NCBI GenBank assembly: GCA_963693055.1
Contig: OY843751.1
Span: 3,776,001 to 3,840,000, forward strand
DNA length: 64,000 nt
Direction of reading: 5' to 3'
Source: a bacterium
GTDB lineage: Bacteria; Zhuqueibacterota; Zhuqueibacteria; Residuimicrobiales; Krinioviventaceae
Position 1 is the first letter of the stretch, and each line of letters opens with the position of its first letter. Under the pieces are notes generated by a model. It did not search any database, was not told the DNA's origin, and worked only from the letters and a program-made list of their open reading frames with translations. The position numbers and the translations under genes were made by a program. Below, piece by piece: positions 1-9,886 of the stretch.

Positions 1-768
1 GAAATCCCAGCCACCGGGCGTATCAAGCAGATCCAGACGATCATTGACGATAACATTGGGCTGTAATTTTCTGATCAATGACAGCAATTCTTTAGAATGC
101 CAGTCATCATGTCCCTTTCCGTCTTTACCAGGAAAAGAAAAATCCATAAACAATAGATCGATCTGACCATAATCAGTCAAGAGTTCGGTCAACTGATTTT
201 TCATATATTCCACGTATACATCCATATCACGGTCTTTGGTTTTTTCGCGGAATTCTTTATTATCACGCATAGGGTGCCTGCTATCAACAGGATATTCGGG
301 ATGGTGCCAGTCAATTAACGAGTAATACAAACCCACACGCAATCCTTCGGCACGGTAAGCATCCAACATGGGTTTTAACAGATCTTTACCACAGGGAGTG
401 TTGGGTGCTTTATAATCAGTATATTCGGTGTCCCACAGGCAGAATCCTTCATGATGTTTGGCAGTAATGACCATATACTTCATTCCGGCATCTTTGGCTG
501 CTTTTGCCCATTCCTGGGGATTATACATATCCGGATCAAACAGATCAAAATAGATCTGATACCGTTCATCTTTCATTCTTTCCCGATTTTTTACCCATTC
601 ATGACGCGCTGCCATAGCATATGTGCCCCAATGGATAAACATTCCAAAACGTGCATCTGTCCACCATTGCAACCGCTGTTGTTTTTGCTGGGGAGATTCA
701 ACAGGTATTTGAGCAAAAACCTGCAACGCAAATAACAGGATTAAGAATAAAGATAATTTTTTAACCAT
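1..768 (-). CDS. Alpha-L-fucosidase (GH29), N-terminal part; continues beyond the left edge
   Basis: Not in the ORF track. Manual translation from ATG at 768 (GGAGG RBS upstream) gives a signal peptide, then WWTDARFGMFIHWG, AGMKYMVITAKHHEGFCLWDT, GLYYSLIDWHHP and LTELLTDYG, all GH29 hallmarks. The frame is open to position 1. Confidence 0.92.
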   Translation of the reverse strand, partial: MVKKLSLFLILLFALQVFAQIPVESPQQKQQRLQWWTDARFGMFIHWGTYAMAARHEWVKNRERMKDERYQIYFDLFDPDMYNPQEWAKAAKDAGMKYMVITAKHHEGFCLWDTEYTDYKAPNTPCGKDLLKPMLDAYRAEGLRVGLYYSLIDWHHPEYPVDSRHPMRDNKEFREKTKDRDMDVYVEYMKNQLTELLTDYGQIDLLFMDFSFPGKDGKGHDDWHSKELLSLIRKLQPNVIVNDRLDLLDTPGGWDF

Positions 769-814
769 TCCTGACCTCCAATTGTTTGAATGTAATATAT
801 AAATTGAATTTTAA

Positions 815-1975
815 TTAAATTAGATCTGATTTTTTCAAACGTTCCCCAACTTTTCTCAAAGTATCAATATCAATGGGATCAATACTTCCATCCGGTAAGG
901 GACCTGTATTAAGCAGCAGATTACAATCCGCATTCCAGGCATCTGTTAACATACGCATAACCTCATCCGCTTTGCGGTGATTGTCCTCGTCTGACTTTTT
1001 ATATCCCCAAACCCGTGGTTGCAGTGTATCGCATATCTCGTTATGCTTATGCTTATTACTTTCCCAGGCATTACGGGGAACCTCCTGCATTTCCGGTTTC
1101 TTGAACCGGTCCGCCATGGAATGCCCTGAACGCTCAGGAGCGGCAAAATCTTCATCTCCATTGGCCCCCTGTTTGAAAGAAATTAACGTATACGGCTGTA
1201 ATGACCGGATAAGCGCATAGGTTTCTTTTATGGGAAACAGATCAGGACGAGAATAGTAACCCATTATAGGATCAAACCAAATGCCCGCAATGGGTCCGTA
1301 TTGGGTCAACAATTCTCGTAGCTGATTGTGCACATAATCCACATAGAGCTTAAAATCCTCATCTTTTTCCCACTTGTATTCCGGTTGATGCTGATCATAA
1401 GCAGGACGAGCATTTTGCCATCCGGCATCTCGTGAATAAAAATATGGATGCCGCCAGTCCGCCGCATAAGAGTAATAAAAAAAGAGACCCAGGCCTTTTT
1501 TGTCACACGCCTCTGCCAGATCACCAATCAAATCTCTTTTTGCAGGGGACTGCACGCTGTTAAAATCCGTTTCACGTGTATTAAAAAGACAAAATCCATC
1601 ATGGTGTTTGGCAGTAATATTGATATATTTCATACCAGCATCCAAAGCAAGATCTGTAATAAAATTCGGATCAAACTTTTCTGCTGTAAACCGGTCTTTG
1701 AGTTTTGCATATTCGTAAACCGGAATTTTCTCTCTCAACATCACCCATTCACCACGCTCAAGCAAAGCGTACAATCCGTAATGCATGAACAGGCCAAACT
1801 TTGCGTTCGCAAACCATTGCAATGCCGCTTTTTTAGGATTAGATTGATAAATCTCTTGATAACCAGAGAGGTATGATGGTACATTCGTGGATGATTCACA
1901 CCCATTTAAATATATTGTACTGGCTGTAGTGATAAGCGAGTTTTTAATAAAGGTACGCCGATTGATAGGTTTCAC
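815..1975 (-). CDS. Alpha-L-fucosidase (GH29), Tat-type lipoprotein signal
   Basis: WFANAKFGLFMHYG, TAKHHDGFCLF, ELLTQYGPIAGIWFD, LLLNTGP; N-terminal NRRTFIK and LNGC. Confidence 0.92.
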   Translation of the reverse strand: MKPINRRTFIKNSLITTASTIYLNGCESSTNVPSYLSGYQEIYQSNPKKAALQWFANAKFGLFMHYGLYALLERGEWVMLREKIPVYEYAKLKDRFTAEKFDPNFITDLALDAGMKYINITAKHHDGFCLFNTRETDFNSVQSPAKRDLIGDLAEACDKKGLGLFFYYSYAADWRHPYFYSRDAGWQNARPAYDQHQPEYKWEKDEDFKLYVDYVHNQLRELLTQYGPIAGIWFDPIMGYYSRPDLFPIKETYALIRSLQPYTLISFKQGANGDEDFAAPERSGHSMADRFKKPEMQEVPRNAWESNKHKHNEICDTLQPRVWGYKKSDEDNHRKADEVMRMLTDAWNADCNLLLNTGPLPDGSIDPIDIDTLRKVGERLKKSDLI

Positions 1976-2010
1976 AGGGTCTCTCCTCTACAATTCAGTA
2001 AAATATATTC

Positions 2011-3486
2011 CTATTCCTGACCGAAAAAGCGATTGTTCCAATATTTCACAAAATCTTCCGGGGGGCTATCATTAGATAAACCTCTTTCAGCAAGGGCTTG
2101 TCCGTCCCGCTCCATTTGGTGGTTCCACCAATATTCGATTTCTTCCTTAGGCTCAGGTATTTCCCCCTGATCACCGGTTTCCTTTATCCATGCCATTAAA
2201 ATCAATCGCATAGACTCGAGCTGCTGCTTGAATTCGGGATTAGAAGCAAGGTTGTTGATCTCGTATGGATCATTATCCAAATCATATAGTTCTTCAACGG
2301 GTCTTACATCTCGCATAAATGCAAGTTGCACAGGTGTGAGTTTGTTTTGCTTTTTCAACACCTGTAATAAAGAGAATACCGGGTAACGTTTGCGTTTATA
2401 GCTATTTAGCTGCATATAGGGACGTTCAGGCATAAAATTGCGAATGTATTTAAATCGTTTATCGCGAATACAACGAATCCTGTCCACAGTTTCATCGCAT
2501 CTGTCTCTGGCAGCCACAATAAAAAGACGCTCCTGGGTATTTTTGCCCAAAAATATATTACCTTGCAAATGCTCGGGTGGCTGAATTCCAACAAGCTCCA
2601 TGCACGTAGGTGCAAAATCTATGGTACTAACCAATTCTTCATTCACGGTCCCGGCTTTGAAATGATTGGGCCAGCGAATAATAAGCGGTATACAAATACC
2701 TCCTTCATATAACCACTGTTTTCCCCGAACATGCGGACGACCATGGTCACCAAAATAAACCACAATGGTATTTTCTGCTAAACCGTCCTTTTCCAACTGT
2801 TCCAGCACCTTGCCAATCTGCTTGTCAAGCACCTGCAGCGATTCCAGATAATCGGCCCAATCCCGCCGGGTAATAGGATGGTCGGGATAATACGGTGGTA
2901 TATCAACAGTATTGGGATCAACAGGATTATCAGGATCACGTTGAAAAATGCGGTGGGTCATTTTAAAATTTACCTGGGCAAAAAATGGTTGGTTGGTTTT
3001 TAACGCATTCCAGTCTTTTCCGTCAAATGGATCTTCAAGAGGCTCAAAATTCCAATCGGTTTTTCCTGTACCCTCTACATCAGGCGCAGGATTGGTTACA
3101 TTTGCTGTAAAATATCCGGACTGTTTGAAATAATGAGTGATAACCCTGACCGGTTCTGGTAATGACTTTTTGATCCGGGTACGGTGGTTATGGGCGCCAA
3201 TAGTGGTCTGGTACATGCCTGTCATAAAACCAGAGCGCACTGGTGAACATACAGGGCATGTGGAAAATGCACGTGTAAACCTGACACCCTCTGATGCAAA
3301 TTTATCGATATAAGGAGTTTTGACAGATTGATTACCATAACAAGCAAAATCAGGACTGGTGTCTTCGGAAATTAACCATAGGATATTGGGTTTAGCAGGC
3401 TTAGCGCAATGAAAAGACAAAGAAAACAAGGCAGTTGCTGCGGCAGTACGATTCATAAACTGCCGGCGTGTTAACTGTTTAGACAT
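2011..3486 (-). CDS. Sulfatase (Cys-type, formylglycine-dependent), Tat signal
   Basis: KPNILWLISED, CSPVR active-site motif, GDHG, ELYDLDNDPYE; TRRQFM twin-arginine. Start placed at ATG 3486 after AAAGGA. Confidence 0.93.
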   Translation of the reverse strand: MSKQLTRRQFMNRTAAATALFSLSFHCAKPAKPNILWLISEDTSPDFACYGNQSVKTPYIDKFASEGVRFTRAFSTCPVCSPVRSGFMTGMYQTTIGAHNHRTRIKKSLPEPVRVITHYFKQSGYFTANVTNPAPDVEGTGKTDWNFEPLEDPFDGKDWNALKTNQPFFAQVNFKMTHRIFQRDPDNPVDPNTVDIPPYYPDHPITRRDWADYLESLQVLDKQIGKVLEQLEKDGLAENTIVVYFGDHGRPHVRGKQWLYEGGICIPLIIRWPNHFKAGTVNEELVSTIDFAPTCMELVGIQPPEHLQGNIFLGKNTQERLFIVAARDRCDETVDRIRCIRDKRFKYIRNFMPERPYMQLNSYKRKRYPVFSLLQVLKKQNKLTPVQLAFMRDVRPVEELYDLDNDPYEINNLASNPEFKQQLESMRLILMAWIKETGDQGEIPEPKEEIEYWWNHQMERDGQALAERGLSNDSPPEDFVKYWNNRFFGQE

Positions 3487-3504
3487 GTTGGGTCCTTTCA
3501 AAGA

Positions 3505-4539
3505 TTATTCAAAAATATCTCCATCTCTGGACAACACAATAGCAATGGGCCGGGTTTTGGGAAAATGTGAAAGAATAATCATACCAATTACTGTAATGGG
3601 TACACACAAAATCATTCCGGCAATTCCCCACAACGCTCCCCAGGCAAACAGGGATAATATGATGACAATAGGGCTCAAATTCAGATTGTTTCCCATTAAT
3701 CTGGGCTCAAGAATATTGCCGATAAGGAATTGCAGCATACCAATGCCCCCGGCTACAATGACAATGGGGTATAAACTATCAAACTGGATTATTGCAAAAA
3801 CAGATGGGAATATAGTGGCAACAATGGAACCGATTGAAGGAATAAAATTTAATGTAAAGATGAGTATAGACCAAAACTCGGCAAAATCAAGATTTTGGGA
3901 TGACATGATCAGATACCCCAAAATAGCAGTTAATGCGCTATTGAACGTTTTGATACCGATATAAACACGAATGTCTTTATCAATCTTTTTGATCAGTGAA
4001 AAAACTTCTTCACGCCGATGCGGCTGTTTGATCAATGCGGCAAGTTTAAGCTGAAAACTCTTTTGCTCCAGAAACAAAAATACCAGGTAAACCAAAATAA
4101 TACCCGCCTTGCTCACAAATCCGGTAATGGTTACAGCAAATTGAGACAATAGTCCGGCAATATCTATACTTGAAAAAATCTGGCGTATGGTTGGTGGCTC
4201 TTCAAGATTAAATAACTGGTAACCCTGCGTTATAAGAGATGTGAATTTCTTTTGGTATGCGGGTGCAACCACTACAACATCAGCGATATTGTTGCTAATC
4301 AAATTCAAAAAGAACACAATAAGGCCACCCATGGTGATAAAAGAAAAAATAAAGCACAACCACCGTGGTAAATGATATTTCCATATTTTAATTCTCGCAA
4401 AAGCCAGTGCCAGTATATTGATCAGATACCATATAATGATAGCAAGCACAAAAGGAATCAACAAATCTTTGCCTACAATCAATATATAGAAAACTAGTAT
4501 AGTACTGACAAAAGCCAGGAAAAAATTGAGTAATCTCAT
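3505..4539 (-). CDS. AI-2E family transporter
   Basis: Multiple TM helices; LNFIPSIGS, GNILEPRLMG...LSP...WGALWGIAGMILCVP. Confidence 0.9.
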   Translation of the reverse strand: MRLLNFFLAFVSTILVFYILIVGKDLLIPFVLAIIIWYLINILALAFARIKIWKYHLPRWLCFIFSFITMGGLIVFFLNLISNNIADVVVVAPAYQKKFTSLITQGYQLFNLEEPPTIRQIFSSIDIAGLLSQFAVTITGFVSKAGIILVYLVFLFLEQKSFQLKLAALIKQPHRREEVFSLIKKIDKDIRVYIGIKTFNSALTAILGYLIMSSQNLDFAEFWSILIFTLNFIPSIGSIVATIFPSVFAIIQFDSLYPIVIVAGGIGMLQFLIGNILEPRLMGNNLNLSPIVIILSLFAWGALWGIAGMILCVPITVIGMIILSHFPKTRPIAIVLSRDGDIFE

Positions 4540-4647
4540 TTACCTGTACCCAAATATTTAATATTATTAAAACATAAACATTTTTTTATAATTCAACAAT
4601 ACTCTATTTATAAATTTAGCTCTTTATTACAATGCTTTACAAACGTT

Positions 4648-6093
4648 TTATTGATAAATAGAATTCATTTCCCAGATATCAATTGTTTTAAAAATAGATT
4701 TGTGTTTCTTGCTGAATAACCGGATTTTTTGCATGTCTTTATTCCGGGGAAACGTACGGATGGTAATACATTCCCTACCATTGATATAACATTCAATAAC
4801 AGACCTGTCTACAAATATATGCAAACGTAATGTCTTTTCGTCTGGCAGCAATTGGAAAGGTGCAGAAGCCTCTCCCGCGTTAAAGAAAAGTTGAATATTA
4901 TCAAACTCAATCCGGGTTCCGGATTCGGTTTCTTTAGAATATAAAACATCTAATCCGGTTTGGCGTGCAGTTCCCAAATCAATATCAGCAATCAACTCAA
5001 AACTGTTTCCTGAAAAGTCAGGCAGTACAAATACATCATCAGATCCAACCGCAACATCTGAATACTGATAATGCTTACCCCGTAATTTTGACAACTCTGG
5101 CAGGGGTTCAATACCCAGTGTTTGATCATCTCGTAGCGTTAACACACGCGGTAAGGTCAGCATACCATTCCAGGAATACCCCTCTGTGCCACCACCGGTT
5201 ATCCATCCCCATATAATACGTCTTCCCTGTTCATCAACCAGGCAATTGGGAGCATAAAATCCACTACGCTCCCCCAAATCCATAGGCTTCCAAAGACCAT
5301 GATTAAATTTATTATCTTTAAAATCTCCCAGTGTATATTGTACTTTGCCATAAGGAGAAACCGCAAGCAGCCATTTTTCGCCAAGAGGAAAGAAATTGGG
5401 GCATTCCCACATGCTACCAAAACCAGTACTTATGGGATTTATATATTCCCAATCTGTCAGGTTGGTGGATTTGTACAAAAATGCTGTTCCGCCTACATCT
5501 TTAATACCGGAACCCAAAACCATGTACCATTCATTGCCGTCCTGCCAAACAAAGGGATCACGAAAACCTGTAACATTTTCAACCGGAGGTTTAGCAATCA
5601 CAGGATTCCCTTCATACTTTTCCCATGTTCTCATGTTGTCATAACTTCGTGCAATACATTGCACTTCCGGGTTGACTCCGGTATAGATAATAGTAGGTAC
5701 ACCTTTATCAATCACACAGCAGCCAGAAAATACTCCATCTTTATCATAACTCCCTGGATTAGGAGTAAGGGCAATGGGTAAATGTTGCCAGGTTACCATA
5801 TCTTTACTTACCGCATGTCCCCAGGACATGTTGCCCCATTTATCTCCATAGGGATTATGCTGAAAAAACATGTGATATTCACCATTAAAATAAACAGGTC
5901 CATTGGGATCATTTATCCAATTGGCTTTTGTGGCAAGGTGAAACAATGGTTTAAGAGGATCTTGTTGGGCTTTTACTGCTGCTTGCTCTACACTGGCATC
6001 TGCTTTTACTAAAAGTTCTTTATGAATAGAATCTAAGGTTTGTGAAAAAGAAAGTACTGCTAAACTCAAAACAAGAAAAAATAGAATCCTCAT
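4648..6093 (-). CDS. Glycoside hydrolase family 32 (beta-fructofuranosidase), secreted
   Basis: WINDPNG, WGHAVS, FSG, FRDP and WECP motifs; C-terminal beta-sandwich VDRSVIE. Confidence 0.95.
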   Translation of the reverse strand: MRILFFLVLSLAVLSFSQTLDSIHKELLVKADASVEQAAVKAQQDPLKPLFHLATKANWINDPNGPVYFNGEYHMFFQHNPYGDKWGNMSWGHAVSKDMVTWQHLPIALTPNPGSYDKDGVFSGCCVIDKGVPTIIYTGVNPEVQCIARSYDNMRTWEKYEGNPVIAKPPVENVTGFRDPFVWQDGNEWYMVLGSGIKDVGGTAFLYKSTNLTDWEYINPISTGFGSMWECPNFFPLGEKWLLAVSPYGKVQYTLGDFKDNKFNHGLWKPMDLGERSGFYAPNCLVDEQGRRIIWGWITGGGTEGYSWNGMLTLPRVLTLRDDQTLGIEPLPELSKLRGKHYQYSDVAVGSDDVFVLPDFSGNSFELIADIDLGTARQTGLDVLYSKETESGTRIEFDNIQLFFNAGEASAPFQLLPDEKTLRLHIFVDRSVIECYINGRECITIRTFPRNKDMQKIRLFSKKHKSIFKTIDIWEMNSIYQ

Positions 6094-6150
6094 GAACAGC
6101 TCCCTTTTTAATTACAAAACAGTATACAAAATAAAAATGTATTGTAAAAG

Positions 6151-6182
6151 AAAAAAGCCCCAGGATATGAACCAAGGGCTTT
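6151..6182 (-). terminator. Probable intrinsic terminator after 6207..6611
   Basis: AAAGCCC...GGGCTTT stem; A-run on the left gives a U-tract on the minus strand. Confidence 0.55.
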
Positions 6183-6206
6183 AAAGGAGACTGCAAATAC
6201 AGTAGA

Positions 6207-6611
6207 TTATTCAACTGTGAGTTTAACCGAACCGGTCTTGCCCCAGTAATTTTTTTCGTATTCTTTGGTTACAATCTCTTTACCATTTTTATCAATTGCT
6301 TTGATATCAAGATTGAATGCTTCATTAGGAGCATCCTGAGGAATTTTCATTGAAGCTGTCCAGATGTTCTTATCAGTTGCAACATCATTTTCCAGTATGA
6401 TTTCCGGTGCATCGTAAGGATACTCACGGACAGTTACAGTTATACTTTGAATGTCACTAGCTTTACCGGTAAATTCAGTAGTGATAGTAACTTTTTCACC
6501 AATAGATGCTTTTTCAGGATTTATTGTAGCTTTTACCAGTTTAGGTTGACCTGCAAATGCCATTCCTGCAACCAAAAGAACCATAACACTGATCAATACG
6601 ATTTTTTTCAT
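6207..6611 (-). CDS. Small secreted protein, probably Ig-like beta-sandwich
   Basis: Signal peptide MKKIVLISVMVLLVAGMAFA; beta-strand-rich mature part; GGAGG RBS. Confidence 0.75.
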   Translation of the reverse strand: MKKIVLISVMVLLVAGMAFAGQPKLVKATINPEKASIGEKVTITTEFTGKASDIQSITVTVREYPYDAPEIILENDVATDKNIWTASMKIPQDAPNEAFNLDIKAIDKNGKEIVTKEYEKNYWGKTGSVKLTVE

Positions 6612-6696
6612 TTGTTCCTCCCAATAATTATTATAAAATACTCTGGTTATTTGTCAATTTTTCATACGACAAAAGTACAAAAAGGATTCAAAATGT

Positions 6697-6741
6697 GCGT
6701 CTATAACAAGCGGGAGGACGTCCAGACCGCTAATTCTGGAC
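6697..6741 (-). promoter_or_regulatory. Candidate operator of the adjacent AraC regulator
   Basis: Minus strand reads GTCCAGAATTAGCGGTCTGGACG-TCCTCCCGCTTGTTATAGACG: two GTCC...GACG units about 21-22 bp apart. The first is a 7-bp palindrome. It overlaps the AraC stop and precedes 6207..6611. Confidence 0.4.
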
Positions 6742-7839
6742 TTTGCGGTACTCTGAAGGGGTTTGACCGGTATATTTTTTAAAAATTGCATTAAAAGCAG
6801 ATTTCGAATTAAATCCACAATCCATTGCAATTGCTAGCAAGGTAAGATACTCATACTGAGGGTCAGTTAATCTCTGTTTGACTTCTTCTATACGATATGT
6901 ATTGATATAATGAAAAAAATTCTTGTCGAAAATACTGTTAATAATCTGTGTTAAATGATGACGTGATATCTTCAAATGTGTGGCAAGGTCCTGAATATTT
7001 AATTCAGGATCCAAAAAAGGCTTTTCTGTTTCCATATATTTTGCAAGTTGTTCAGCATATTGACGGGCTTGATCTTCAGTTAACCCAGATCGCTCATATT
7101 TATTTTGCCGGGGTTCATTAGATTTTTCAACTTCCATAATCCGGTTAAATCTGAATAATGTTGGCTGTTTAATGCCAAAATAACTAACACTGAAAGCAAA
7201 AATTGTTAATCCCAGGCGATTAAAAAATCGAGGATCAAAGAAAAAGTTTTTTTCAATAAAAAACATACCCATTATAACCAATCCGGTAATGGATATAAAA
7301 AAAATCGTTAGAATAAATTTAACCCAGTTCAGCGTAAGTAAACGAGATGTGAAGGAAAATTTATCAGGAATTTCCAACTGATGTAAATGAATGTCGGATA
7401 ATATTCGATATCCATAAAATGCCAGAGATAGTATAAAATAAACCATATAGATTTTGCGAAGTATTATACCTATACTATCCAATTTGTTTGGATCACTGAA
7501 AATGGGCTCATTAATTAAAAACAAAGATACAAAAATAACATAAATCAATGCAGGCAAAAAATGTAACAAATCCTTATAATGAATTTCAGGAGTTTCATCA
7601 ATCAAATATTTCACATAAAGATATAAAAATGGCAAATACGTTAATGGGAAAAACAGGCTGATATTCAATAAAGGGATAAACCAATGAGATTCCAAAACCA
7701 GAGACAAGGCCATTTCTGATGCAATAAAAAATAACCAGACAGCAAAAATCAAATCATGCAAATATCTTGGTCGCTTGGTCGCAATAATAAAAAATGCAAA
7801 TGCAGATTGTGATAAACCAATGTATAATAAAGGTATCAT
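6730..7839 (-). CDS. AraC-family transcriptional regulator with N-terminal multi-TM sensor domain
   Basis: About 7 hydrophobic helices, then KPFLDPEL...NFFHYINTYRIEEVK...IAMDCGFNSKSAFNAIFKKYTGQTPSEYR. Confidence 0.93.
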   Translation of the reverse strand: MIPLLYIGLSQSAFAFFIIATKRPRYLHDLIFAVWLFFIASEMALSLVLESHWFIPLLNISLFFPLTYLPFLYLYVKYLIDETPEIHYKDLLHFLPALIYVIFVSLFLINEPIFSDPNKLDSIGIILRKIYMVYFILSLAFYGYRILSDIHLHQLEIPDKFSFTSRLLTLNWVKFILTIFFISITGLVIMGMFFIEKNFFFDPRFFNRLGLTIFAFSVSYFGIKQPTLFRFNRIMEVEKSNEPRQNKYERSGLTEDQARQYAEQLAKYMETEKPFLDPELNIQDLATHLKISRHHLTQIINSIFDKNFFHYINTYRIEEVKQRLTDPQYEYLTLLAIAMDCGFNSKSAFNAIFKKYTGQTPSEYRKVQN

Positions 7840-7900
7840 TCATTATCCTGAATTGTTTTCATAATTTACAAAAAAAAGTCTCTATATCAAACAATTCATA

Positions 7901-7938
7901 AAAAAAGAAAAGGCCTCTGGTAAAAAACCAGAGGCCTT
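7901..7938 (-). terminator. Intrinsic terminator after 7973..8362
   Basis: Perfect 12-bp stem AAGGCCTCTGGT/ACCAGAGGCCTT with adjoining A-run. Confidence 0.85.
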
Positions 7939-7972
7939 GTTCGGAGGTTGGGAAAAGAAATTTTTAGTATGT

Positions 7973-8362
7973 TTATCTTGCTGCGTAGAAATTGTTCAGC
8001 TTGTTATAGACATCGTTGAAAAATACCTTGGGATCAATTTCTTCGGTGTCAATATGTTCAATTAAATCTTTGTCTTTCAACAAATCCAAGGTCATTTTTG
8101 CATTTACCCGGATATATGCTTTGTCATCTTTGTTGCTCATTTTCTTCAACAAGGAAGTAAATTCATAAGCATCAAAATCGGGATACTGAGAAGTAAGAAC
8201 TACAATCTGTTTCAGTGCACTGTTACGTACACCTGCATTATCTGACTGCAAAGACAATTTATATGCTTTTTCTGCTTGTTCCAACTTTTTAGATGAAACC
8301 TCTGCACTTGCTATTCCTGCCAGGGTCAGCAGTACTATTAAGATAGTCATTCCTTTTTTCAT
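7973..8362 (-). CDS. Secreted hypothetical protein, helical (HEAT-like)
   Basis: Signal peptide; SLQSDNAGVRNSAL and DDKAYIRVNA resemble HEAT-repeat segments; AAGGGGA RBS. Confidence 0.75.
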   Translation of the reverse strand: MKKGMTILIVLLTLAGIASAEVSSKKLEQAEKAYKLSLQSDNAGVRNSALKQIVVLTSQYPDFDAYEFTSLLKKMSNKDDKAYIRVNAKMTLDLLKDKDLIEHIDTEEIDPKVFFNDVYNKLNNFYAAR

Positions 8363-8447
8363 GATGTTTCCCCTTTCCTTATGTTAAATTTTAAAATTAC
8401 CACTTGATGTTAGTGATGTTTTCCTTTATGTATTTGCTTCTGTCTTA

Positions 8448-8463
8448 TACAAGAGTTGTGCCA
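8448..8463 (-). promoter_or_regulatory. Putative sigma-54 (-24/-12) promoter for 7973..8362
   Basis: Minus strand TGGCACAACTCTTGTA versus consensus TGGCAC-N5-TTGCW; one mismatch in the -12 box. Confidence 0.6.
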
Positions 8464-8534
8464 AAAAACACACAAAACAACAAACCATTGTTTTAAATGA
8501 GCTTATAACCAAAAACCCAATTGTAAAAAAAATG

Positions 8535-8651
8535 TTCATGGGTGCCACAAAAAACATACAAAATTGTAGAAACACACATAACACATTAAATTATAGATAC
8601 TTGAAAAAAATGTCATTTTGTAGCTACTTGCACAAATGTGGCACCCATGAA
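8535..8651. repeat. Perfect 15-bp inverted repeat pair, candidate enhancer sites
   Basis: TTCATGGGTGCCACA (8535-8549) and TGTGGCACCCATGAA (8637-8651), 87 bp apart. Confidence 0.8.
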
Positions 8652-8735
8652 AAAGATCCAGAATTATTTTTCAGCATATTTGATCTTGATTCTTGGCAAA
8701 TAATCCTTATATTCAATATAAAATTTGGAGATTTT

Positions 8736-9872
8736 ATGGCAACATACCGGTCTGAAACAATCCCTCCCTTTATCGTCATGGAAATTTTAGAACGCGCCCA
8801 GGAGCTAGAACGGCAGGGACGGTCCATAATTCATATGGAAATAGGTGAACCGGATTTTGATACACCTGCTAAAATCAAACAGGCAGCTATAGATGCAATC
8901 AACCGGAATGAAACTCACTATACCCACAGCCTGGGAATAAAGCCCCTTCGGGAAGCAATTGTACAGCACTATAAATCAAAATATAATGTAGAAATTGAAT
9001 CAGATCAGGTGATTGTTACACAGGGCACATCTCCGGGTTTGCTGCTGATTTTGTGTGCATTATTGGAAACAGGTGACGAAGCAATAATCACAAATCCCTG
9101 TTATGCATGTTACCCCAATTTTATCAATTATATAGGGGGTGTACCTATTGACGTTCCCCTGTCTGCTGAAAATGGGTTTATCTTGACGGCCAATGCCGCA
9201 AGGGAAAAAATATCTGCCAAAACCAGGGCAATTCTTATCAATAGCCCCTCCAATCCTACCGGTACACTATTGCCGGCAAACCACATGCAGGAAATTGCAA
9301 ACCTGGGCCCCACCATCATTTCAGATGAAATTTATCATGGACTGGTTTATGGTGAGAAAGAACACTCTATATTGGAATACACAGACAATGCGTTTGTATT
9401 GAACGGCTTTTCAAAATATTATGCAATGACCGGCTGGCGTCTGGGCTATATCATTGCTCCCAAAGCATTTGTACGACCTATACAGAAATCTCAACAAAAT
9501 CTATTTATCTGTGCTTCATCTGTTTCTCAATGGGCAGGTGTGGCAGCATTAACGCAGGAACATCCCGAACTTTTTAAAATGCTAAATACTTGTAACGAAC
9601 GAAGACTATACCTTATCAAGGCATTAAAGGAATTAGGTTTTAAATTAGCGGTTGAACCCAGTGGAGCGTTTTACATGCTTGCGGATGCACGGCATCTTTC
9701 AGATAATTCGTATGATCTCGCATTGGACATGCTGGACAAAACCGGTGTAGCCGTTGACCCCGGAATAGATTTTGGTGAGCACGCAGAAGGATTCCTGCGA
9801 TTTTCATACGCCAATTCGCTTGAAAATATAAAACAGGCTATGGTGCGTTTAGAACAATATATAAAGCCCTGA
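8736..9872 (+). CDS. PLP-dependent aminotransferase class I/II (aspartate aminotransferase-like)
   Basis: IGEPDF, INSPSNPTG, SDEIY, NGFSKYYAMTGWRLG; true start at ATG 8736 after GGAG. Confidence 0.95.
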   Translation: MATYRSETIPPFIVMEILERAQELERQGRSIIHMEIGEPDFDTPAKIKQAAIDAINRNETHYTHSLGIKPLREAIVQHYKSKYNVEIESDQVIVTQGTSPGLLLILCALLETGDEAIITNPCYACYPNFINYIGGVPIDVPLSAENGFILTANAAREKISAKTRAILINSPSNPTGTLLPANHMQEIANLGPTIISDEIYHGLVYGEKEHSILEYTDNAFVLNGFSKYYAMTGWRLGYIIAPKAFVRPIQKSQQNLFICASSVSQWAGVAALTQEHPELFKMLNTCNERRLYLIKALKELGFKLAVEPSGAFYMLADARHLSDNSYDLALDMLDKTGVAVDPGIDFGEHAEGFLRFSYANSLENIKQAMVRLEQYIKP

Positions 9873-9886
9873 CAATTCAGGGCTTT
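9863..9886. terminator. Bidirectional hairpin between convergent genes
   Basis: AAAGCCCTGA-CAAT-TCAGGGCTTT, overlapping both stop codons. Confidence 0.7.
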
